DNA of 64,000 nucleotides from Candidatus Latescibacterota bacterium (lineage in GTDB: Bacteria > Latescibacterota > UBA2968 > UBA8231): positions 352,001-416,000 of the forward strand of contig OZ253462.1 of assembly GCA_965261395.1 (NCBI GenBank), written 5' to 3'. Within the stretch, counting starts at the first letter, position 1, and each line of letters begins with the position of its first letter. The position numbers and the translations under genes were made by a program. Positions 45,831 through 54,247 of this stretch are shown here, in pieces. The notes below the pieces were generated by a model. That model was not told where the DNA came from. It saw only the letters and a program-made list of their open reading frames with translations, and searched no databases.

Positions 45831-47198
45831 ATGGGACTGAATTGGCGAGAAATCGACCGCTGGATTTTTGGCGAAGCTTGGACTAGCTCGCGGATCGGCG
45901 AGCACGTGGAGGTGTTGTGCGAGCAGATCGGGCCGCGCTGGGCTTCTTCGGAGGGGGAGCGCCAAGCGGTGGAGTACCTACGGGAGCAATTTGCGCAGGC
46001 GGGACTGGCCGATGCGGCGCTGGAGGAGTTTGCGCTGGATACCTGGGCGTACAAAGGGGCCGAAGCCACGGTGGGGGATATGGAGATTGACCTCTTGCCC
46101 TACAATCGCTGTCCGCCGTGCGATCTCGAAGCACCGATCGTCAATGCAGGATATGGTACGGAGCACGAAATCGACCGGGTGCGCGGCCAGCTCAAAGGAA
46201 GCATCGCGGTGATGCACCTAGCGCTGGAGCCTTTTACCACGCCCTCTCCGCCCAATGTGCGGCTCGCAGCGCTATGCAATGCTGGCGCAGTGGCGGTGGT
46301 GGCGATTGATCCAAAGGACGGGCGGCGGGTGGAGTACCACAACGGCGGAGATTGGCGCGAGCCGGAGACCGCTGAGTTGCCCATTCCGGCGGTGACGACC
46401 TCGCGGGAACACGGGGCCTTGCTGCAGAAGTGGGCCGGCGAGGGCAAGCGGCTCAAGCTATCCGTTGAGAGCCGGTTTTACCAAGCAGCGGCGCACAATG
46501 TGGTCGCCTCGATTCCCGGGGCGCGGTGGCCTGGGGAACGGCTGATATTGGGTGGGCACCACGACACGGTGTACGGCGCACCAGGGGGCAACGACAATGC
46601 CTCGGGGACCATTGCAGTGCTGGAGACGGCGCGGGTATTGGCCGGGCTGAAATCAGCGTTGGGAGTCGAGCCGGGGATAAGCCTGTGCTTTGCGACGTAC
46701 AGCGCCGAGGAGCAGACGTTCCAAGGGTCAATCGAGTACGTGCGGCAACATTGCGTCGCCAAGCCGCGGCTGGCGATCAATCTCGACGAGCTATCGACCG
46801 GGCCGATCAGGGGGGTGGTGCTGGGGTTTGGGCATTTGCGCGACTTGGTGCAGGCCCAGTTCAATGCGATGGGCGACGGGCTAAAGTGCCACGTGATGTC
46901 CCAACTCGACGCGACTTCAGACCACTTTCCCTTTTTGCGTGCGGGCATTGACGCGGCGCATTTGTGGCGCTGGCGCTTTAGCGGCCGACACGCCGATTCC
47001 AACTACCACCACGAGCCAGCCGACACCGCCGACAAGCTCAACGTGCGGGAGTTAAAAGAATACGTCGGGCAGTTAGCGCGACTGTTGTTGCGGCTGTCGC
47101 ACGTAGCACCCGAGGAGTGGCCGGAGAATCCGGTGACCAAGGAGGCGGTAGCAGAAAGGCTGGAAACGGAGCGCGGGACGGTGGTGCGGGTGTTTTAA
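45831..47198 (+). CDS. M28 family metallopeptidase with PA domain
   Basis: GHHDT, GGNDNASG, SAEEQ, NLDE, SDHFPF and YHH..DT zinc-ligand motifs; AAGGA RBS before ATG 45831; no signal peptide. Confidence 0.88.
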   Translation: MGLNWREIDRWIFGEAWTSSRIGEHVEVLCEQIGPRWASSEGERQAVEYLREQFAQAGLADAALEEFALDTWAYKGAEATVGDMEIDLLPYNRCPPCDLEAPIVNAGYGTEHEIDRVRGQLKGSIAVMHLALEPFTTPSPPNVRLAALCNAGAVAVVAIDPKDGRRVEYHNGGDWREPETAELPIPAVTTSREHGALLQKWAGEGKRLKLSVESRFYQAAAHNVVASIPGARWPGERLILGGHHDTVYGAPGGNDNASGTIAVLETARVLAGLKSALGVEPGISLCFATYSAEEQTFQGSIEYVRQHCVAKPRLAINLDELSTGPIRGVVLGFGHLRDLVQAQFNAMGDGLKCHVMSQLDATSDHFPFLRAGIDAAHLWRWRFSGRHADSNYHHEPADTADKLNVRELKEYVGQLARLLLRLSHVAPEEWPENPVTKEAVAERLETERGTVVRVF

Positions 47199-47205
47199 TC
47201 GGGCA

Positions 47206-48039
47206 TCAAGACCAGACGTAGATCTCGTCGTCGTCCGGGGACATGGCAAAGAAGATGGCCAGCACCGCCCGGGGCTGGTCGCCGACGACAGCGGGCACCT
47301 CGTGGATGTTTTCACTAAAGAAAAAGTAGAGGTCGCCGGGTTCGAGTTGGACTTGCACGCGCTCGATACCCTCGCGGGCGACGTAGGCAGCAAATCGCTC
47401 GCGTCCCAGATGCTCTGTTAGCTCGGGGCGAAAGGGGCAGTTGTACAGGTACGGCTCACCGGTGCCGCCTTCTTTGGTGCTGTTCTGGAAGCAGAGGACC
47501 CCAGCAAACTGGTATTTGAAGCGCGAAATCTGGTACTCGAAGGCCTGCGTGCGCTTGGCAACGGAGTCGTAGTGCGGGCCGTGGCCGGTTTCCCGGTGAT
47601 AGACGCGGAAGATGGCCGGGCCGTAGAGGCGACCGTCCGGCTCGCGCGCGGTCTTGACTTCTTTGCCGGGCGCTAGCTGGGCGAGGGCGTCGTACATAGT
47701 GCGGACCGGATCGTCATAGCCGTCGAAGAGGGCCTCAAACAACGCCAGCGTCGCTGCGGAGTGAGTGTGGAATTGGTCGCGCTCGCGGTGATGGTGGCCA
47801 AAACTAGTGCCAATATCGACGCGACGCGCTTGGCCCTCGCCGACCTCGTGGGGATCGTAGAGCAGGCTGCGCTCGTAGAAGCGCCGCATCAGCGCTCGGC
47901 AATGGGCGGGGTTGTAGTGCTGGCGTAGCACGAAGGCCGGGACCTCGCCGCGGGCCAAAGCTAACAGCGGCTCGGGATGCTGGGCGAGGATCTCGGGGAT
48001 GGGGGCTTCGAATGGGGTCCAGGTTTGGGAGGTTGTCAT
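47206..48039 (-). CDS. 2OG-Fe(II) oxygenase superfamily protein
   Basis: AIFRVY..GPHYD (HxD) and LEPGDLYFF..NIHEV..V.G..PR motifs. Confidence 0.75.
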   Translation of the reverse strand: MTTSQTWTPFEAPIPEILAQHPEPLLALARGEVPAFVLRQHYNPAHCRALMRRFYERSLLYDPHEVGEGQARRVDIGTSFGHHHRERDQFHTHSAATLALFEALFDGYDDPVRTMYDALAQLAPGKEVKTAREPDGRLYGPAIFRVYHRETGHGPHYDSVAKRTQAFEYQISRFKYQFAGVLCFQNSTKEGGTGEPYLYNCPFRPELTEHLGRERFAAYVAREGIERVQVQLEPGDLYFFFSENIHEVPAVVGDQPRAVLAIFFAMSPDDDEIYVWS

Positions 48040-48151
48040 GGCGGGGAATTTAATATGCGTCGCGGGCTGAGTCCACATGGACTATCCGCTTTACATCAAA
48101 TCCAGACTGTGTTAGTGTCCTTTGTCAATCACCCAGCCTAGAGGTGTCACC

Positions 48152-49045
48152 GTGTCCGCAACCGCCGATCTGACCCCGGTCACAGCTTTCGATTCACCGC
48201 ATTTGGATTTTGATTTTCCCGGTCTGAAAATTGGCTGCGCCGAATACGAGGAAGGTCCCACCGGATGCACGGTTTTTGCTTTTGCGGGCGGGGTCGTGAC
48301 CGCGGTCGATATTCGCGGGGGAATGGTCGGTCAGGTCGAGTCGGAGTATCACTTTCACCACGCCCTTTGCTTTGCCGGCGGCTCCTTGCACGGTCTCGAG
48401 GCGGTATCCGGGGTGCGCGCGGCTTTGACTGCTATGGAAAAACCGCAGAGTCCACCGCCGATTCCGCTAGTGGCAGGGGCGATTATTTACGATTGGTTTG
48501 GGCGCGAGAATATGGTCTATCCAGACAAGGTGCTGGGAGCGGCGGCCATGGCAACGGCGGCGGAAGGGCGTTTTTTCTTTGGCCAATGCGGTGCCGGGCG
48601 TTGGGCCGGAGTCGGTCAGGGCGGCGCGTACCGACAGCTCGGCGCAACGAAAATAGCAGTGTTCACGGTGGTCAACGCGCTGGGCGATATCGTCGATCGC
48701 GACCGGAAGGTGCGGACCCGGGACAAACGCCATCCGCTCGAAAAACTGGAGGCACGTCTCGCCGGGCAGGCGATTGCTCCGGCTGATCAGACGGGCAAGC
48801 ACACGACGCTCACGCTCGTCGCGACCAACCAGCAGTGGAGCCAGCGCGAACTCGATCAGATCGGACGGCAGGTCCATTCCTCGATGGCGCGGGCGATCCA
48901 GCCTTTTCACACGATACAGGACGGGGACATCCTGTTTACGGCGACCACGGGCGCGGTCGAGAACGAGGCGTTGCAGAGCACGACTGATTTTGGGCTAGTC
49001 GCTTCCGAGTTGGCGTGGGACGCGGTGTTGAATAGCCTTGGCTAA
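48152..49045 (+). CDS. nylC: P1/S58 (DmpA-like) Ntn hydrolase, NylC (6-aminohexanoate oligomer endohydrolase)-like
   Basis: FDFPG, YEEGPTG, AVDIRGG, VYPDKVLG, QVHSSMARAIQPFHT..DGD.LF and ASE..WDAVL match NylC as I recall it. Orthology is not proven. Confidence 0.75.
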   Translation: MSATADLTPVTAFDSPHLDFDFPGLKIGCAEYEEGPTGCTVFAFAGGVVTAVDIRGGMVGQVESEYHFHHALCFAGGSLHGLEAVSGVRAALTAMEKPQSPPPIPLVAGAIIYDWFGRENMVYPDKVLGAAAMATAAEGRFFFGQCGAGRWAGVGQGGAYRQLGATKIAVFTVVNALGDIVDRDRKVRTRDKRHPLEKLEARLAGQAIAPADQTGKHTTLTLVATNQQWSQRELDQIGRQVHSSMARAIQPFHTIQDGDILFTATTGAVENEALQSTTDFGLVASELAWDAVLNSLG

Positions 49046-49136
49046 TAAAGAGATAGGCCAGACTGTGGGTCGCCGCGTCGGACAGCAATGCCACAAATGC
49101 GGTGGGGTGAATATTTGAAGTATAGGGGCTTGTAAC

Positions 49137-49771
49137 GTGGAATATCGAAAATTGGGCACTACGGATATCGAAGTATCAGTAATGGCGCTCGGCTGTTGGC
49201 CTTTCGCCGGTGGTGTCGTCTGGGGTGAGCAGGACGACGAGCAGTCGATTGCGACGGTGCACGCGGCGCTCGACGCGGGGATCAACTTCTTCGACACGGC
49301 CGAGGGCTATGAGGAGGGGCACTCCGAACGCGTGCTCGGACGCGGTCTGGCCGGTCAGCGCCAGCAGGCGGTCATCGCCAGCAAGGTGAGCCCGAATCAC
49401 CTGACCCCGGAAGGGGTCGCGGCCACCTGCGAGCAGAGTTTAGAGAATTTGCAGACGGGCCGCTGGCCAAACACGGCGAGCCTGGCTGTGAAGAGGCCGT
49501 GTTTCACGCCATCGCGGGGATTCGCGATGGCAGCGAACGGGTCGGCGCGCCGCTGGCGAGCGTGGCGCTGGCGTGGGTGCTCAAGCAGCGGGGGGTGACA
49601 TCGCTATTGGTGGGGGCGCGGAATCCGGATGAACTCGCACGCAATCTGCCGGCGCTGGCGCTGGATTTGGACGCGGCGACAATGGCCGAACTGGAGCGGC
49701 TGACCGAGCCGGTCAAAGAGGCGCTCGGGCGAAATCTGGATATGTGGTTTGCGGAGTCGCGGATGCGGTGA
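49137..49771 (+). pseudogene. Aldo/keto reductase with internal deletion plus frameshift near 49458
   Basis: The N-half (GINFFDTAEGY..SE..ASKV..SLENLQT) joins directly to PLAKHGEPGCEEAVF..VALAWVL..LVGARN in another frame. The usual DYIDLY.IHWP..GVSN segment is absent. Confidence 0.85.
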
Positions 49772-49779
49772 AGCGGGCG

Positions 49780-52134
49780 TCAGTATGCCAGCCCGATCAG
49801 ACGCACGGCATCGTCCTCGCCGGTCTGAGCGCCCAGATCAATGCGGCAGAGGTAGATCCCCGGCGGCACGACCACGCCCTGTATATCGACTCCATTCCAC
49901 AGATAGGATCGTAAACTGCCCGCCGATGACGGGCTCAGCCGTGCCACCTGGTGCCCGCTCAGGTCGAAGATCTCCACTTGCGGTGCGGGCGCGGCGACCT
50001 TCAAGACGGCAAAGCGGATCGCGACCTGGTCGTTGATCCCGTCGCCATTGGGGGTGAAGACCGGTGGGTCTATCGCGAGGTCGTCGATGAGCCATCGGCT
50101 TCCAGTCAGTTCGGGCAAGAGCACAATATTGGCGCGGCGGGTCATGGCCTCCACCGATTGCCACAGACCCGGTCGCTCGTTGGTGCCGAGGTCGAGGGCG
50201 AAGAGGGCGGCGTTTTGCAGGACGCGGGTAGTAAAGCTGACTTTGAGCGAGTCGGCGGCGATCGCCTCTGGCAGGGCGATGAAGAGCGAGTCGCCCCGCG
50301 CTTCCACCGCCACGGGATCAATGGGTGCTGCTCCCGCGCTCACCTCGACGCCAGCCTCGAGGTCGACCGGCCCAGGCAGGGTAAAGCGCAAGAGGTCGAA
50401 GCCGCTGTCTGCGGGCAACGCGCGCGTCGCCAGGGCGTAGGTGAAGCGGGTGGCCTCGTTGGGGGGCGCCTCGCGCGGCTCAATGCGGCCCAAGGCCTCC
50501 TGCACCAAAGCCTCCTCAAACTCGATCGCTAGCGAGTGGACCGTCGGCGCGAACTCGGGGTCGTCGGTGGCGAAGATCAGTTCCAATTGCACAAAGCGGC
50601 GCGGACTCTCCGACTTGAAGGGATCGCCCGAGGACTGGTACTCGTTGCTCCACGCGCCCCAGTCCTCGCCCACCACCAAGGCGGTGTCGATGGAGCCTTT
50701 GAGAACCTTGGGGATACTATTGTATTTCTCCTCGGTGACCTCGTCCCCCTTCCTGTCGTAGAAGGTGTATTGCTCGCTGAGCGCGTTGCCCGAACGCGAG
50801 CGCAATTGGATGCGGGTGTCGGCAGGCAGTCCGGCGTCCCAGGAGAGTGCGTTGATGACCTTGGGGCGGCCGTCTGCGGCACCCAGATCGATAAAGTCGG
50901 ATCGCAGCACGACCTGGGCGGGATAGCCGGGTGAGAAGACCATGAACTCCCCCCACTTGGCCTGGCCCCAGCCGCTATCGGTGACGCCGTGCCAGAACAA
51001 ATAGCGCATTTTGCGCGGTCTGAAGAGATAGCGGATATAGAGCAGGCGGTCGGTGCCGGGGTTGAGGTGGGTGAGCAGTTCGGCGTAGTCGAAGGGCTCC
51101 GCCACCGGCAGGCCGCTGCCCAGGGCGCGGGTGCCGTCCGAAAAGAGGATGGTGTGGCCGGGACCGGTGCCGCCGACGCCAAAGCCCAGAGTACCCTCCT
51201 GCTGGCGCATCGAATAGATGAACATCTCGTCGACGAAAAACACCGCGCCCAAGTCGACTCCGAACCACACGCCGCCGTCCTTCCAACCCAGTTCGCCAAC
51301 GCCTGAGGAAATGGAGTTGTTGGTGTTGAGATTAGCGTCGAAGAGGTTGGCGGTGGCGGTGGCGCGGAACCCGTCGGTGAAGGAGCCGCGCCGATCGGTG
51401 CCGATGGCGATATTGTCACCGATGGCGATGACCTCAATCTCGGCGAGGGCCCCGTCCGCGCTCTGTTCCTCGGCCATGATACTGATGTACTGGATGAGCT
51501 GGTAGTGGTCGCGGCGATCCGGCTCTACCCGCAGGCCGGCGTCGACTACCAAGGTGCTGTCGTTGCCGGAAAATCCGAGGGGTATGGCGATGGAGGTCGC
51601 CTCATTAGGTCGGGTGGTGCGATAGACCGAGCGAAAGAGAAAGACGTCCTGGGTGGCGACGATGCGCACGCCGGTATTGACCAGCACGGTAAACTGCCTG
51701 AAGGGACGGGCCCCTTCCCGGTCGGGAAAGATCAGGCGGATTTCGCGAGCGAGTACGGCGCGACCTAGGTCGATGGTGATAAACCAGTCTTCGGGTGCCG
51801 CACCGGGATCGGGCTGCCAGAAGGTCTCGGGATCGCCGTCGATGGCCAGCGTGGCCGTCTCTGGGCTGGAGCCCACTTCCCAGATGCCACCGAAAACCGA
51901 GTCGCCGCGCTCTTTGGTCTCGTGTGCGAACAGGTGGGCGTCCCGCACCGCGTTGATATCCTTGCGGAATTTGACCAGTTGTAATTGTCCCTCGGTCCCG
52001 ACCTGCGTCAGGCCGAAGGGCTTTTCCCAGGTCGCCCATTCTGCGGCGCTGTCGAAGACCAGTTGGTCGGCGCAGACCGGGACGGCGCACAGCAGTAAGG
52101 CGCAGATGGCGAGGTGCTTGCTCGACATAGCCAT
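49780..52134 (-). CDS. Secreted protein with discoidin-like domains and C-terminal TPNGDG/FlgD-Ig domain (subtype B)
   Basis: Signal peptide; DGDPETFWQPD..WFITIDLGR; SDFIDLG..RSRSG; SESPRRFVQ; PPVFTPNGDGIND..WNG.D..PPGIY..GLAY*. Confidence 0.8.
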   Translation of the reverse strand: MAMSSKHLAICALLLCAVPVCADQLVFDSAAEWATWEKPFGLTQVGTEGQLQLVKFRKDINAVRDAHLFAHETKERGDSVFGGIWEVGSSPETATLAIDGDPETFWQPDPGAAPEDWFITIDLGRAVLAREIRLIFPDREGARPFRQFTVLVNTGVRIVATQDVFLFRSVYRTTRPNEATSIAIPLGFSGNDSTLVVDAGLRVEPDRRDHYQLIQYISIMAEEQSADGALAEIEVIAIGDNIAIGTDRRGSFTDGFRATATANLFDANLNTNNSISSGVGELGWKDGGVWFGVDLGAVFFVDEMFIYSMRQQEGTLGFGVGGTGPGHTILFSDGTRALGSGLPVAEPFDYAELLTHLNPGTDRLLYIRYLFRPRKMRYLFWHGVTDSGWGQAKWGEFMVFSPGYPAQVVLRSDFIDLGAADGRPKVINALSWDAGLPADTRIQLRSRSGNALSEQYTFYDRKGDEVTEEKYNSIPKVLKGSIDTALVVGEDWGAWSNEYQSSGDPFKSESPRRFVQLELIFATDDPEFAPTVHSLAIEFEEALVQEALGRIEPREAPPNEATRFTYALATRALPADSGFDLLRFTLPGPVDLEAGVEVSAGAAPIDPVAVEARGDSLFIALPEAIAADSLKVSFTTRVLQNAALFALDLGTNERPGLWQSVEAMTRRANIVLLPELTGSRWLIDDLAIDPPVFTPNGDGINDQVAIRFAVLKVAAPAPQVEIFDLSGHQVARLSPSSAGSLRSYLWNGVDIQGVVVPPGIYLCRIDLGAQTGEDDAVRLIGLAY

Positions 52135-52140
52135 TACCTC

Positions 52141-54192
52141 TTAGTAGGCGATACCCAGAGGGTGGATCTGTGCCGAGGTGGCAAATTCGGCATTGGGGGC
52201 GACACTCAGGAGGTAGACTCCGGGCGGTAGCAGCTCGCCGCTCTCGTCGCGTCCGTCCCATTCGGTTTCCTGCGGGCCGGCGGTCTGCCGCCCGGCGTCA
52301 ATGCGGGCCAGTCTGCGTCCGTCGAGGGCGTAGATCTCCAGCACTACTGGCACCAATTCGGGCAGGCGAAAAAGCGTGTAGCGGATCTGCAGGCGATCGT
52401 GGACGCCGTCGCCGTTGGGGGTCAGCACCGGGGTCGAGACGCTCAGTTCCTGGACCACGCTGGGGACAGAGTCCGCCGCCCCCAACACGTGCAGGCTATT
52501 GGTCGACAGCGCTTGGCCTGCGTCGCCGCCGACGACCGGCTGTGGCAAGACCTCGCGCTCACTGTCGGAGACCTCGCCGGTGAACGTGGTGGCGAAGGAG
52601 AATAGCGCGGTTGAGAAGAACAGGCGCAGCGGCGGGTTGTCGGCGCGGGTGACGCGGGCGGGCAGGCGGACGAGCAGGCCATCTTCTGACTCGATAATCT
52701 CGGCGGGTGCGACTATTGCGAGCGGCTGGCCCATCTCCAAGCCGGCGAAGCGGGTGCGGCTGCCAGTGCGGATGCGCAGCACGTCGAAGCCCGGGGCGTC
52801 GACCTGCGAAAAATCGGCGCGCAGGTCGTAGACGAAGTCGGTCTCCTGCCCCAGGGAGACCTCGGTGAAACCGCGCGCCGGTTGCGGGTCGGTGCGCAGG
52901 GCGACCTCGCCGATAATGTCGCCAGCCAAAAGCGGGGCGGTCTCGATCCACAGCGAGTCGAGGCGGACGAAATCGTCGAAGGACCGGCTTTCGAGCGCAA
53001 TCCGCAATTGCAAATAAGAACCGCTACGCAGGTTGAGCGGCAGGCCCGGTTGGGTGAAGGGCACCGACCAGAAAGTCCAGTTCTCGTCGTCATAGCTGAT
53101 GGAGGCGCGCAGGCCGGGGCGCGGATCCAGGGTGACGATGGGTGCCTCGAGGTTGGGGCGGAACTGGCGGGTGCGCAGCTCGTTTTCGTAGCGCTCGCGC
53201 GAGACGACGCGTTCAAAACCCGTCTCCATGTACTCGTGGTAGACGGCGGGGTCCCCGTCGCGGCCGGTGCGCACCTCGATCTTGACTCCGACCGCCGCGT
53301 CGGGCGTCTCCACGGGCGTTCCGTCGACCATGCGCAAGGGCGTGGTCCGCCAGAACAGCCGCCCGAAGTTCACCGACTGGCCGAGGTCGGTGATGCTGGT
53401 TTTGTAGATGGCCTTGCGGGGCACGCCCTCAGCGAAGAGCTCGAACTCGGCAACGGTGCCGGGTGGGGCGTCCCGGTATTGGCCGCGGACGAAGGAAGCG
53501 AGAAAGTCCTCGTCGAGGACCGAGACCTGCCGCCGATAGCGCACGTAGCGCACGTAGCGGCGGGGGAAGGGGATCGCGACGCGGGGCTCGAAATTCTCGT
53601 CGACGTCGGCGATGATATGTGAGAGAGGCTCCAGCGTGCCTTCGACGACGGGCCGCTCGGATTCGCTGGCGACCGACACGTCGTAGCCGGGAATTGCGTC
53701 GGTCTTGAGGGGCGTGCCGTCGGAGCGAAAGCCCTGGCTGGGGGTGGTAAAGCCGAAGGAGACGGCCGGCACGGCGACGGCCAGATCCATGGTGTAGACC
53801 TCGCGTTCGAGCGGCACGGCGCGGGGCGGGTAATAGGTGGCGTCGTCGCCGTCGATAAGCAGGCTACCGCTGGGGGCAGCCAGGCCGTCGCTCCACTTCC
53901 AGGTGCGCGGGGTCGCGCCGTCGACATAGCCGAGGACGATATCGCTGGGGTCGCGCCAGAAAACCCAATTGTCGAGGTGGGAAAAAACCGTTTTTTCAGG
54001 CGTCAGGTAGATGGGCTGGATGGAGCCGGGCGCGCTGACGAAGTCGATGAACAGACGCGTGGTGTCGCTTTCGCTCCACGACAGGCCAGCGCCGCCCAGC
54101 TTCCACGCCGAGATCTGGGCGGGGGCCGGCTGCGCCATCAGCACCAGCGCGAATAACAATACGCGGCCGAATGAGGACTGCTTCAGAGCCAT
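52141..54192 (-). CDS. Secreted protein with C-terminal TPNGDG/FlgD-Ig domain (subtype A)
   Basis: AAGGAG RBS; APA|QISAWKLGGAGLSW; TSITDLG..W..VRTGRD; VLTPNGDGVHD..WDGRDE..PPGVY..GIAY*. Confidence 0.8.
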   Translation of the reverse strand: MALKQSSFGRVLLFALVLMAQPAPAQISAWKLGGAGLSWSESDTTRLFIDFVSAPGSIQPIYLTPEKTVFSHLDNWVFWRDPSDIVLGYVDGATPRTWKWSDGLAAPSGSLLIDGDDATYYPPRAVPLEREVYTMDLAVAVPAVSFGFTTPSQGFRSDGTPLKTDAIPGYDVSVASESERPVVEGTLEPLSHIIADVDENFEPRVAIPFPRRYVRYVRYRRQVSVLDEDFLASFVRGQYRDAPPGTVAEFELFAEGVPRKAIYKTSITDLGQSVNFGRLFWRTTPLRMVDGTPVETPDAAVGVKIEVRTGRDGDPAVYHEYMETGFERVVSRERYENELRTRQFRPNLEAPIVTLDPRPGLRASISYDDENWTFWSVPFTQPGLPLNLRSGSYLQLRIALESRSFDDFVRLDSLWIETAPLLAGDIIGEVALRTDPQPARGFTEVSLGQETDFVYDLRADFSQVDAPGFDVLRIRTGSRTRFAGLEMGQPLAIVAPAEIIESEDGLLVRLPARVTRADNPPLRLFFSTALFSFATTFTGEVSDSEREVLPQPVVGGDAGQALSTNSLHVLGAADSVPSVVQELSVSTPVLTPNGDGVHDRLQIRYTLFRLPELVPVVLEIYALDGRRLARIDAGRQTAGPQETEWDGRDESGELLPPGVYLLSVAPNAEFATSAQIHPLGIAY

Positions 54193-54247
54193 AGAGTGCT
54201 CCTTCAATACGCATAATAAATAACAATTGTACGGCGCAAAGCGAATC

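Noticed and set aside
45831-47198. M28 protein as the glutaminyl cyclase explaining the Q-rule
   Set aside because: It has a PA domain, aminopeptidase-type ligands and no export or lipoprotein signal.
27642-54192. Flagellar hook-capping (flgD) genes
   Set aside because: Only the C-terminal Ig-like domain matches; the proteins are much larger, have Sec signals and have no flagellar neighbours.
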